Below, piece after piece: positions 32,301-44,050 of a stretch of DNA of 64,000 nucleotides; the stretch's first letter is position 1; the number at the start of each line of letters is the position of its first letter. The position numbers and the translations under genes were made by a program. Source of the DNA: Macrostomum lignano (Eukaryota); contig NIVC01002079.1 of assembly GCA_002269645.1 (NCBI GenBank), positions 62,001 through 126,000 on the forward strand. The letters run 5' to 3'. Under the pieces are notes generated by a model. It saw only the letters and a list, made by a program, of their open reading frames with translations. It did no database searches and was not told the DNA's origin.

Positions 32301-35258
32301 CCATCAGAATTCCTCCGCCTGAGTTTCCGGACCTCAGCGTTCTGCAGCCCTCGATGGCAGTTGAAATCATCACTGTGGCCATCATTGCTTTCTCGGTTTG
32401 CGTTTCTTTGGCTAAAATATTTGGCAAAAAGTACAACTACGAAGTGGCGCCCAGTCAGGTGAGTTCAAGCTGTACTTTGGCTTGAGTTGGCGCGGTGAGT
32501 TGGGTATATTACATTGTCTGTATCGCCAACCATGAACCACAGCTTGCATAGATGGAATTGAGAATGTCGAATGTCCTGAGCACAATACTCAGGCACAGCA
32601 CTCATGCACACGCTCTCACAGGGTGTACAGCGGGCTGACTTTCTAATCGTCAGGCATGTACACTCTCTGTGCCTTCGGGGGTTGTCCCTCATGGCTGTGA
32701 ATCGACAACCCCTGGCCAATTTTCGTGCGCACCAGCCCCAAATGAATGTGGCCGCGTAATGGAATCGAACCAGGGGTCGTGGCGCGAGTCAGACGCGTTA
32801 ACCGCAGATCCATACCTCTGAAAGGCACGAATTGAAGCACACCTGACTGCACACCCACCACCAGGAGCTCATAGCCTACGGCATCTGCAACACCGTCGGT
32901 GCCTTCTTCCACTGCTGGCCAGCCGGCTCCTCCCTGTCCCGCTCCGCTGTCCAGGACAGCATGGGCGGCAAGACCCAGGTGGCCGCTCTGGTCTCCTCAA
33001 CGCTGCTGCTGCTCGTGCTGCTGTTTGTTGGCAAATATTTCGAGACCGTGCCCAACTGCTGCCTGTCCGCCATCATCCTGGTTGCCATCAAGGGCATGCT
33101 GGAGCAGGTCAAGGAGGCGCCGATCCTGTGGCGCCTGTCGCCCTACGACTTCTGGACTTGGATTGTCACCTGCCTGGGCGTGGTGCTGCTATCAGTTGAC
33201 TACGGCCTCATCATGGGCCTGGCCTTCTCTGTGTTCAGTATCATCGTACGAACTCAATCGCCAACCTCGTCAATTTTGGGTAGAATTACTGGGACGGATC
33301 TGTACAAAAATGTGCACGCGTACGATGATGTGAGTGGCTAATTGCGAATTCAGTGTTTCATATCAGTGTAATATCCCTGCACCCACCTCACTCCCTACAC
33401 CCACCTCACTCCCTGCACTCACCTCACTCCCTGCACCCACCTCACTCCCTACACCCACCTCACTCCCTGCACTCACCTCACTCCCTGCACCCACCTCACT
33501 CCCTACACCCACCTCACTCCCTGCACCCACCTCACTCCCTACACCCACCTCACTCCCTGCACTCACCTCACTCCCTGCACCCACCTCACTCCCTGCACCC
33601 ACCTCACTCCCTACACCCACCTCACTCCCTGCACTCACCTCACTCCCTACACCCACCTCACTCCCTGCACCCACCTCACTCCCTACACCCACCTCACTTC
33701 CTGCAGCCATCGCACTCCCTACACCCACATCACTCCCTGCACCCACATCACTCCCTGCACCTACATCACTCCCTGCATCCACCTCACTCCCCGCATCACC
33801 TCACTCCATACACCCACATCACTCCCTGCACCTACATCACTCCCTGCATCCACCTCACTCCCCGCATCACCTCACTCCCTACACCCACATCACTCCCTGC
33901 ACCCACATCACTCCCTGCACCTACATCACTCCCTGCATCCACCTCACTCTCCGCACCACCTCACTTCTGCATTCACCAGATTGAAGAGGTCGCCGGCCTC
34001 AAGATCTTCCGTTTCGAGGGCTCCCTGTACTTTGCCTGCGCCGAGAACTTCCGCGAAAGCCTCTACCGCAAAACCGGCGTCAATCCGCGTCGTATCGTTC
34101 AGCAACGCCGTCGTCTAGGGGAAAAGTACGCTCGGGTAACCGCCACCTCCGACGCGTCTACGGCGACTGTCAAGCGGACCTTCACCCGCATGAGCGAGTC
34201 GGAGAAGGCCGAAGCGGCCAAGGCGGTGGGCCTGGACTGGCCACGCGTACCTGTTCAGCACGTGATTCTTGACGCCTCCACCTGGGGCTACATCGACTAT
34301 GTTGGAGTCCGGGCGCTCAGCCAGGCCATTCAGGAGTACCGGGATATTGGGGTGGCAGTTTATATCGCTAATCCCAAGTGTGAGTTCGGGTTTATCTGGC
34401 AAATGCAGGAATTCATATGCCATAGATTTATGCCATAGTCAGGCTTCCATTTATTGCCATTAAATCAAACCAATTACAGCGTAATTGCATAAGGCTTGAG
34501 CCATCTTTTGTCGCTATTTCGCTATTTTGTCGCTTTGAACATGTATACAGTATCAAGCGTGTGATTTGATTGCGCAATAAATGAGGGCGTCAACCAGCTT
34601 AAAAAGCACAAAACGTTTAACCACTCACCCAGACCCAACCCCTCACCATGCAAGCCTGCAGCCCCTCCGAGCCCAACCCGTCACCCGGCCCAACCCCTCA
34701 CCCAATCCAACCCCTCACCCAGCCCAACCCCTCACCAAGCCCAACTCCTCACCCAGCCCAACCCCTCACCCAGCCCAACCCCTCACCCAGCCCAACCCCC
34801 ACCCAGCCCGATCCCTCACCCAGCCCAACCCTCAACCAGCCCAACCCCCCACCCAGCCCGACCCCTCACCCAGCCCAACCCCTCACCCAGCCCAACCCCC
34901 CACCCAGCCCAACCCCTCACCCAGCCCAAACCCTCACCCAGCCCAAACCTCACCCAGCCCGACCCCTCACTCAATTTCAGGTGGCATCCGTGCCTGTCTG
35001 GAGCGCTCCGATTTCTACGAGAAGAACCGGTACGACATAATTTACGTGTCGGTGCACGACGCGGTCCTGGCCGCACAGTTCGACCAGCGCGCCGCTCTAA
35101 GAAAATCCGAGCAGCAGCTGCTCTCGGCTTCATCGGCTGCTATTAAAGTCTCGTCACCAACTGACGGCGAGACTAGCGCCGCTGCCCAACTGAGGAAGAG
35201 AGCTGAAGCGAACGGAGCTGAGCAGGATGATTCAGCCAAGGCCGTCACCAAAGTTTAG
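26384..35258 (+). CDS. SLC26: SLC26/SulP anion transporter with C-terminal STAS domain (prestin/pendrin/SLC26A6-like), 861 aa
   Basis: Exons 26384-26420, 27032-27517, 29998-30362, 31289-31453, 31545-31700, 31777-31859, 32308-32458, 32865-33329, 33980-34379, 34981-35258. All GT-AG, 2586 nt in frame. Motifs GLTVGIMHIPQGMAYA, YFFFGTSRQISMG, SSLSRSAVQ, FRFEGSLYFA, VILDAS..YIDYVG. The first coding exon is slightly less certain. Confidence 0.95.
26514..26915. repeat. 46-bp minisatellite (GTGAGATTAGATCTCAGAGAGAAGATTCTCACCGTTCACACACTTT), ~9 copies
   Basis: Directly visible in the first coding-region intron of SLC26. Confidence 0.92.
27578..27805. repeat. 20-bp minisatellite (GAGTCAGTAGGTTGATGATT), ~11 copies
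   Basis: Directly visible, ~60 nt after the donor at 27518. Confidence 0.92.
28123..29935. repeat. 61-bp minisatellite in two blocks (28123-28947, ~13 copies; ~29720-29935, ~4 copies) split by a ~770-bp insertion
   Basis: Unit ATGTACATTGGCTGTGACGGCTGGGGGCAGAGATGTAATGGCTAACTGAAAGGCTCCTGCA. The right block carries GTACCTTGG instead of GTACATTGG. Confidence 0.94.
29031..29627. repeat. Interstitial (TTAGGG)n tracts within the insertion interrupting the 61-mer array
   Basis: Three degenerate TTAGGG runs at ~29031-29110, ~29375-29465 and ~29595-29627. Runs 1 and 3 are followed by similar sequence (TTAGAAG.TTGACAG..ATTTTTT.AGATTTCAAGGCT). Confidence 0.85.
30393..31120. repeat. Two adjoining minisatellites sharing a CCCAGATCCTCAGTT core: 28-bp (x~10) then 31-bp (x~14)
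   Basis: CCCAGATCCTCAGTTGCTGGGCCAGCTT (30393-30680), then CCCAGATCCTCAGTTTCTGGAGCACCCTCAT (30680-31120). Starts ~30 nt after the donor at 30363. Confidence 0.95.
31150..31220 (+). mobile_element. Degenerate fragment of the same tRNA-derived SINE family as 32480-32818
   Basis: GCGGCCGAATTCATTCGGGGCTGGTGCGCACGA matches the reverse complement of 32722-32755 (GCGGCCACATTCATTTGGGGCTGGTGCGCACGA). It is preceded by a decayed CG.CTGACTC head. Confidence 0.55.
31900..32245. repeat. 18-bp minisatellite (CCTCACTCCCTGCACCCA), SLC26 intron 31860-32307
   Basis: About 19 units, directly visible. Confidence 0.94.
32480..32818 (-). mobile_element. tRNA-derived SINE in SLC26 intron 32459-32864
   Basis: The minus strand reads GGTATGGATCTGCGGTTAACGCGTCTGACTCGCGCCACGACCCCTGGTTCGATTCC: an A-box-like element plus a canonical Pol III B box (GGTTCGATTCC, 32761-32771), followed by a non-tRNA body. 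A related copy lies at 31150. The 3' boundary is approximate. Confidence 0.6.
33377..33965. repeat. 18-bp minisatellite (CCTCACTCCCT(G/A)CACCCA), SLC26 intron 33330-33979
   Basis: About 32 units, same family as 31900-32245. Ends ~14 nt from the acceptor at 33979. Confidence 0.94.
34625..34970. repeat. 17-bp C-rich minisatellite (CCCAGCCCAACCCCTCA), last SLC26 intron
   Basis: About 20 units, ending ~10 nt from the acceptor at 34980. Confidence 0.93.
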
Positions 35259-36196
35259 GCAAAACAATGCCGGATTTCAGAGACGTTGATTCGGTTGATA
35301 ACTGCTTAAAAGTTTATCTTTGAAAAAATTATCAAGAGCTACTTTTTAGAAAATAAAACAAAACAGAAATTCAAATTTATGATCAAATTAAAATGGTTAT
35401 AAAATTAACTCTTGGTATTTATTACTGAAATCAAGTTGATTAATGTCATGAATTTTTTTTCATCACAAAAAATCAAATTCTGATTGTTTTTAGGTTTAAA
35501 CTGTCGATTTTAACTCGAGAGAGTCGAAATGTTTCATTTCGTGCCACTTCGATTAGTTGCGAATAACAACTAAGCTTTTTAATTCAGACACTACCACATA
35601 AAATTAAAATCTCTTTTTGGCGCGAATATTTGAATATTTGATTATTTCGAGGTAATTTTTTTCAGCAAAAATATAATTTTCCGATTTTTCGTCATACTCA
35701 TGCTAGTATTTGTTAATATTGGTTGATTTCATTTAAGCGGTTGATTTTCTTCTTTTTATTCAGTTTGAAATCCAATCAATAGCTAAACTATTTACAAAAA
35801 TGTATTTATGCAGGCACCTTTAATCAAAATAAGTAGCACATTTATATTTATTGCACAAGATATCAATTAAGAGAAAAAATAAACACATCGTGGCTAGCTG
35901 CGAGCTTTCCAAAATCTTTTCAAACTGGGAATCTTAGTTTTCCTGAATTTTGTCGTTCATTATTTTTCCCATCAACCATCCATTAAAACAAAATTCTAAA
36001 TCATGGTTGCCAAAACAAACAGACGCAATCGAAAATATTAAACATAGCCATGATTCAATGAGGAATTCAACATACTCATAAAGTTAGTCGTAGAACGAAC
36101 TGTTAAACCGGTTTGCAAGCGTTTGTTAATGATAAATGGTTCGCTTCCTTTGATTATTGACTCCTTACAATCAAGGCAGCAAACGAATTACGTCAG

Positions 36197-38239
36197 TCAC
36201 CCATGCAGCATCCCAGGCTGCCAGCCTTCCGGGTTCTTATCGAACGCGTCCGTGTGCTTGTTGTGGTTGACGATCTCCCATTTCTTCATCCACGGACCGG
36301 AGATCACTGCGCTGAACTCATCAGCTGCGGATTCGTCCCTGGCCATGGACTCCAGCTGGGCTCTGTTCCGGTCCACAGAGTCGAAGCTGTCCCAGTCTGG
36401 CCGGAAGTCCGGCTCCCCGTCGCGGCGCACCTCACAGGTGGGCTTGAGGCCGAACAAGCCAGCCGGGGTGCCCGTGCGCTGCCAGCGGAAGTCGATGGAC
36501 CAGCGCACCACGTCCGAGCGGTTGTTGAGGCTCCGGTGCGGTGTGAAGTTGTTGAACAGCAGGAAAGAGCCGTACGGCACGTCAAGAGTCACGGGGTCCT
36601 TGGCCATGTCCACGCCAAACTCCTTCTCGATGATGTCCTCGTCCAGGTCAATGTACCAGGTGGGCCCGGCGCAGCAGGTGTGCTTGGCGATGTAGCCGTC
36701 CCGGTGGCAGCCCGGCACCATCTGCAGGGTGCCGTTCTGCTCGTTGGTGTCCAGCAGTGGCACCCAGGCGGTGACGATAAGCGTGTTGTAGGACTCCACG
36801 TCGAAGTAGCCGCTGTCCTGATGCCAGGGAACCGTGCTGGCGGCGTTGTTTGGCGTCTTGGTGCGCAGGTTCCACACCGGGTTGAAAGAGATGTTCGGGC
36901 CGACGATGTCCTCGAGGAGGTTCAGCATTCGCTCGTGAGCGGCAATGGCCCGGAACGAGGGCGGCAAGGTGGACAGTTTGTGAAGCACTATGTTGGCACC
37001 GGGGAAGTCACGCTCGATGGCGCAAAGGCGGTGGTAGAATCCGAGGCCCTCGTGCTTGTCTGGCGTGAAGTTTTCAGTGTTAAGTCAGTAAAGTAAAAAA
37101 TAATTAGCTAGAATATGTGCCGCATGGTGCAGTGCTACATCTCAGAAAGTGTCGAATTCAATGAGCTCTGTTCTTACTGACATCACGCTTACATTAAGCT
37201 CAGATATTACATTACTGACATAGTGTTTACACCAAGCTTTGATCTTGCTGACATCATGTTAACACCAAGCTCTAATATTTACTGACATCGTGTTTACACC
37301 AAGCACTGTTCTTACTGATATCGTGTTTGCCCCAAGCTCTGATCTTTACTGACATCGCATTTGCACCAAGCTCTGATTTTTACTGACATCGCATTTGCAC
37401 CAAGCTCTGATCTTTACTGACATCGCATTTGCACCAAGCTCTGATCTTTACTGACATCGCATTTGCACCAAGCTCTGATCTTTACTGACATCGCATTTGC
37501 ACCAAGCTCAGATCTTGCTGACATCGTGATAACACCAAGCTTTGATCTTATACTGACATTGCGTTTCCCCAAGCTCTGATCTTACTGACATTGCGTTTGC
37601 ACCAAGCTCTGATCTTACTGACATTGCGTTTGCCCCAAGCTCTGATCTTACTGACATTGCGTTTGCACCAAGCTCTGATCTCGCTGACATCGTGTTTACA
37701 CCAAGCTCTGATCTTTACTTACATTGCGTTTGCACCAAGCTCTGATCTTACTGACATCGTGTTTACACCAAGCTCTTACTGACGTACCAGCAGCTTCAAG
37801 CCAGCACTCACAGTTCACCACATCTTACTGACGCCAAGCCCTCAAGACTGGAATTTCCGGGCCCGTCCGCAGGGCGACCTTACTATTTTGGTGAAGTACG
37901 TTGGCACAGACCTTGTGTGATTTAGACTCAAAAGGGACAGTCACGAGAGCACAGAAGTCAGGGCAATATAAAGTCACATAATTAACAATCACCTTTGATC
38001 TTGCCGGCATTATACAGTTTATCCGCCAGCTCAGAGACTTTCACCGTAATGTCAGCTTTAACAGCGTCCAGCTCCTCTTTGGTGAAGAAGTCTCGCACCA
38101 GGGTGAAGCCTCGGGTGTAGAATTCGTCCAGCTGTGCCCGACTCAGCTGGCCCGGCTTGTTGCCTTTGGCCGGCCGCTCCTTGAACAGCTCGGGGTGCCG
38201 CTCGCCAGTGTAGCCTGGATTGGAGGCGCTGCTCGTCAT
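36197..38239 (-). CDS. Phytanoyl-CoA dioxygenase (PhyH) family 2OG-Fe(II) oxygenase, 369 aa
   Basis: Exons 37993-38239 and 36197-37059 (phase 1, GT-AG), 1110 nt in frame. LSRAQLDEFYTRGFTLV N-terminal motif, PWHQD (HxD), TAWVPLLD..EQNGTL, distal His in FTPHRS, and RWSIDFR. Confidence 0.93.
37170..37780. repeat. 33/34-bp minisatellite (TTTACTGACATCGCATTTGCACCAAGCTCTGATC), PhyH intron
   Basis: About 18 imperfect units, directly visible. Confidence 0.92.
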
Positions 38240-39308
38240 TGCAAAATTTCTGTAAAAATTTTCGCTAACTCAACTTAACTTGGAAGTTGGGTTCGTGCGA
38301 TAAAAAGGCACAAAACTGTCTGTGTCTGTTTTTATACAGCACAGTTGTATAACAAGTTGATAACAAGTCTTGTGAAAATAAACTAAACAGAATACACGAT
38401 TGAGGGTGTACGACATGATATAACAGATAAGCAAATTCTCGGAGGTCTGTCATATGTTGTCACATAGGTGAGGTTTTATAATATTAAGCCACAAGTTGTG
38501 CTGCACGATAGAAGCTTCCTATTAGGGTTAGGCGTGATTCCTTATCTCTGTAGTATATAAAGTATTTACCACTGCAATTATTTTAGCTTAAATTCTCAAT
38601 CGGCAATAAATATGAGTTTACAAATTTCTGGCACTGTATCATTATTTCTTAGTTAGTCTACTACTATTGCTTCAAATTAAAACTAAATAAGGTTTATGCA
38701 TTTCTAGCTATTTTTGGATCACTAGTATGACTATTTAGTTATCTTCTATTTATTATAGATTAAAACAATACTTAACAGACACAAGAAATGTAATACAACA
38801 ATATATTATAGCAAATTTAGCTATAGAATATTAAGAATAAAATTAAACTTTAATTTCCTGTGATTCATGTAATTGCTTGTTAATATTAATAAAACAAAAG
38901 CCAAAAAGCCTAAAAAATATGAAAAAATTACCAAATTGATGTTAAATTTAACATCAATTAATATCAGTCCTATAACACAAAGAAATTTCTGATCAATACA
39001 ATAATTTTCAAGATTAAAAACTTATCTAACAAACTTTAATGGCATAGGTGAAAATTAACCATCAAAACGTGAAACACACAGTAATTAAGAACTAAAATCG
39101 TAAAATCTATTTTTTTGCTTGAAAAAGAGGGCTAAATGTCACCAAAAAAAGTTTGTTTAGGATTGTAAAACAATTATTTCGAATTTCTTCTACGAGTATT
39201 ATCTACGACCAGCGTCTTGAGCTGTTCTGCATACTCTTTCTGAGAAAATCCCGATAGTTAAAGAATTCTGAAGAATTGCATTTTCATAGGGTAATTTTCA
39301 TAAATTCA

Positions 39309-39560
39309 CAGTGGCAGATTTAGGGGGGGGGCGGGAGGCGGAGAATATTAGGGTAGAAAAGGTCCTCACCGCCCTCAGTTTGTTAAGTATGGCGCCCCTT
39401 TAGTGTATTATGGGGCCCTCTAATGTATATTATGGCGCCCTTGTAGAGCATTATGGCGCCCATGTAGTGAATTATGGCGTCCCTCTATAGTGTATATTAT
39501 GACGCCCCCACTAATGTTTAAAATCCACCCCATCATTTTATATTTCTAAATCCGCCTCTG
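39309..39560. mobile_element. 252-bp hAT-type MITE
   Basis: TIRs CAGTGGCAGATTTAG / CTAAATCCGCCTCTG (13/15 match). Exact 8-bp TSD TAAATTCA at 39301-39308 and 39561-39568. Internal TATTATGGCGCCC subrepeats. Confidence 0.85.
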
Positions 39561-40948
39561 TAAATTCATTTAAATATTAAAAAATGTTGCTCCTGCTCCC
39601 AAGCGCGAGTTATACTTTCTATTAAATAACTAGACGATTCATAGAATTTTTAGCATTCAAAATTATCTATATTGGGATTATCACACCAACAAGGCAAATA
39701 ATTATATCACTTACTACCTAGAGGAGTTATCGATCTATATTTTATTGATATTTAAATTGATCACTTTCTGATCTTATGAATAGACAGTTTTTTTGCAAAC
39801 ACTTGTTTTATTAACGTCTTAAAATTATGCTCGTACAACACACGACGCAAGAGATTGCATACTCGCATGAGACCGAATAGCTATTGCCGTAGATATGAAG
39901 CACACGTGACGTTGTCAGTTTAAGTAGCCCCGCCAAGGGCCGTTTTAGCATACGGTACCAATCTATAATATTGTTGGTTCGTACTCTCACGTCTGCTTAA
40001 AGTATAATGCCCAAAGAATTTTAATCAGCTTGCGTACATTTGTAAAGCCTGCGTACAGTGCGCGATCAATAATTTCTGTTTTCTGTTTTTTTCCAGCCGG
40101 CCAATAGAAAAGCCGCGCATTAATTATGTTAAGTTCTCCGCGCGCACCCACCCGCAGCCCGCTCTTTATCAGTCCTGTCTGGCTGGGGCGCTCGGGGCCT
40201 TTACCCCGTTCCTGTTTTTCTGCCCCGTTAGCCAGCCTTAGGCTCCTTAGACTCTCGCCGCCCCGGCACTCCGTGTTTGCTTGCCTTCTCTCCGCCTCAC
40301 TCCGCCACGGTTCTTAATCACGCCTCTGCCAAGCCTCAGTCACGCCACTTCTACTGTCTGTTCGAGCTCTCACTACCGAGCACCGTCTGCACCGCACGTT
40401 CACCGCCATCACTTCGTCACCATTGCCTCAAATTCATCGACCCACTCTGCCTTCTACCATCTAACTTATTGTTGTGTAACCGCCAGTGCATCGTTTACGA
40501 ATCCAACTAGTACTTTAACCTCTGTTGGCCGCCCAGACGGAATTAATAATAGCAAGCCTAACTGTCCTCTCATACGCTACAATAAACAAAGTCTGCGGTC
40601 ATTGCCCGCATTAGACGCCATTATTGCCAAGTGCTACCGCTACAAAAATTGCCTCGGCCGTATTGTCTTCGTTGATTATTTCCGGGGCCGCCACATTATC
40701 GTCACACAGACTCAAAGAAAATGGGTTTTATATTGTTACATTTATTTCCCTCTGTTTTTTAAGTTTAACAAAAAGTGTTTTTATTCATGCAATATACTCG
40801 TAACTATAATATACCTTCAGCGTAACTATAAGGTACATCCAGCATGTTTTAACAACTAAATTTAGCACGGAATGAGTGTAAAAAGCACCATTAAGATACA
40901 AAATCATCCCGATCCGCGGTCCTTAACCCAGGAAGAAACAGATAGCAG

Positions 40949-42430
40949 CTAAGTGAGCCAAACCGAGCCATCATCTCTCAGCGCCAGTAGGCCGGATGTC
41001 CGATTTGCCAGGCGTTTGCGAATCTCATTGGCTGGCTTTGCGTCCGCTGGAATGGGCTGAAACCGGGCGCACAGCTGCCCTAGCCAGCCGGTTGGTACGT
41101 AGCCGTCTTCAGCCGACACCGGCACCACCAGTTTCATCATGTCGGCGGCTCGCTCCGCGTGCATCCGGCACGAGTTCGTCTCCTTGAACCGGCGCGACAG
41201 ACAGACAACTACTAGGCGACATGAGTCAACAGCGTCGCGCGTTGCTCGAAGACTGTCAGTTAGCGATGCAGCATCCTTGAAGTCGACCCACACGCTGACG
41301 CCCAATTGAAGCAGATCTTCCCGCAGCTTGCGCACGAAGTCCTTCTGCTCAGTGTGGTAGGTCAACACGACATCAGCACTTGACTGCGACGGCTTCGGCT
41401 CCGACGGAGCCCCCGCTGATGCTTGTGACGCTGGCCTCTTCTTTTTCTGATCCGCGGATTCGTCCAGTGCAGCGAACGCCCGGCTGCTGGGCCCGAGCAC
41501 CTTCATCGTGAACTTCTCGCCCATGTTGAACAGCAGTCCTTGCAGCGTCTGCGACATCTCCCAGTCCTTGGCGGTGGCCAGACGCCTCAGACAGTCGCAG
41601 ATCTCGGCACCCATGGCCAGCTTCAGCTGCCGGTCCTTCTCAAACGACAGAGTGAACGCAAGCTCGAGCCCGGCGCCGACGTCCTGCGACTCGGCGGCCT
41701 CCAGCATCGCCTTGACGGCCGGCAGCACGCCGAGCTTCATCAGCAGGGCCTTGTTGACGTCGTTGAGGGCGAGGCGCTGCGTGCACCTGGCCAGCTCCGG
41801 CAGGCTGTACACCATGTTGCCAGTCTCGAAGCTCCGCTCGCTGCAGCTCAGCGACGCCCGGAGGCCGTCCACCAGGTGCCCGATGATGTCGCTCTCGCCG
41901 AGGAACAGATCCGCCTGGCTCTCATCCAGCGCGAATGCCATCAGCAGCAGCGCCTGCAGGGACCTTGCTGGCTCCGGCGACTTCAGCAGAGGCTGCACCG
42001 GCCCGACCAGGTCGAACTTGGCCAGGTTGGAGTTCACGAAGCTGTCATTCTTGAACAGGCAGTTGTACATGATGGTGACCAGCTGGAACATGAGGTTGGA
42101 GCACAGGTCGCTCAGGTTCCCGCCGAGGTACTCCGGGCTCCATGACTTCAGCATGTCGCAGAAGACGCCGCTGACGAAGCCCTCCGAGGTGGCCAGCAAC
42201 TGGCAGAACTCCGTGGACTCGTCGCTCCGATCCTGGATGCGGCTGAGCAGCGAGCCCAGCATCCGCTGCTCCATCCGGCGCTGCTTCCCCGTTGACGGAT
42301 CGGCAAACTTTGAGTCCCGGTTTCGGCGGTACACGTGCTCGGCCAGCGCCAGGGCGTTTGGCGCCGCCTCCCGCACCAGCGACTCGCTGAGCGACTCCAG
42401 CTCTTCCTCGCTGCGAGAGCTTCTGTACAT
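40949..42430 (-). CDS. Single-exon ARM-repeat + C-terminal TIR (TIR_2-type) domain protein, 493 aa
   Basis: ATG at 42430, GC-rich non-repetitive ORF. Helical leucine-rich ARM-like N-terminal region (LALNDVNKALLMKLGVLP; LELAFTLSF). TIR: DVVLTYH...LREDLLQLGVSVWVD...AVDSCRLVVVCLS..F..T.SCR.HAE.A....VVPV....YVPTGWLG. Confidence 0.85.
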   Translation of the reverse strand: MYRSSRSEEELESLSESLVREAAPNALALAEHVYRRNRDSKFADPSTGKQRRMEQRMLGSLLSRIQDRSDESTEFCQLLATSEGFVSGVFCDMLKSWSPEYLGGNLSDLCSNLMFQLVTIMYNCLFKNDSFVNSNLAKFDLVGPVQPLLKSPEPARSLQALLLMAFALDESQADLFLGESDIIGHLVDGLRASLSCSERSFETGNMVYSLPELARCTQRLALNDVNKALLMKLGVLPAVKAMLEAAESQDVGAGLELAFTLSFEKDRQLKLAMGAEICDCLRRLATAKDWEMSQTLQGLLFNMGEKFTMKVLGPSSRAFAALDESADQKKKRPASQASAGAPSEPKPSQSSADVVLTYHTEQKDFVRKLREDLLQLGVSVWVDFKDAASLTDSLRATRDAVDSCRLVVVCLSRRFKETNSCRMHAERAADMMKLVVPVSAEDGYVPTGWLGQLCARFQPIPADAKPANEIRKRLANRTSGLLALRDDGSVWLT

Positions 42431-42695
42431 TCGGCTTCTCTTCTAGATTTGAAAACTTTCTGGGGGACTCAGTTGTGCTTGAGAAAGAAAACTGGCTGCC
42501 CATGTGAGCTGGAAAAGCTTTAAGTCCTATTCTGCAGCCAGAGCGAGTGAGTACACTGAGTGCACGCTGAAATGCAGAGTACACTGACACACAGAAAGCT
42601 GGTAGTGTAAAGCTTGTCAATGAAACTCACTGCCTGTGTCAGAGTACAGAATGGAGTGGGTTTGCTCAGTTAAGCAGGAAAAAAGACAGTTGAAA

Positions 42696-43270
<575 letters not shown>

Positions 43271-43699
43271 GAGGCTACAAAGAGAATCAGTAGACGGTAA
43301 TTATTTCTAAGTGCTCAAATAATTATGCACAAAGGCAGCCACAGCCTGTATCTGCTTAAGCAATGGCAACGCAGATCCCATGATTCTAACCTTTAATTCT
43401 GCTGTCAGTCTTCAGCTGACAGTATTGATTTCATTAGCGGCTAGAGAGGAAGCCTCAGTGACACTGATGCGTGCAGGTGAGGCAGTTAATTGCCGATGCA
43501 ACTGTAGTTGCAGTTTCACTATGAGTTATTAGAAAAGTGCCCTCCCTGCAGTCCTTCATCTTTCAAAAAAGCAAATTCCTATAATTATAAAGGACAGTTT
43601 GACACTCATCAAAAATGTTTTTGTCTTTCTGGATTAAATGGGAATATAGACGATATAATTAACATAGTAAACTCCCCAAAACCTCACTAATACACAAAC

Positions 43700-44050
43700 C
43701 CACACTCACAACCACACATCCACAACCCCAGACCCACAACCCCACACCCACAACCCCACATCCACAACCCCAGACCCACAACCCCACACCCACAACCCCA
43801 CACCCACAACCCCACACCCACAACCCCACATCCTCAACCCCAGATCCACAACCCCACACCCACAACCCCACATCCACAACCCCACACCCACAACCCCACA
43901 CCCACAACCCCACACCCACAACCCCACACCCACAACCCCACATCCACAACCCCACACCCACAACCCCACATCTACAACCCCAGACCCACAACCCCACACT
44001 CACAACCCCACACCCACAACCCCATACCCACAACCCCACACCCACAACCC
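43700..44050. repeat. 14-bp C/A-rich minisatellite (CCCACACCCACAAC)
   Basis: About 24 units, directly visible. Confidence 0.92.
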
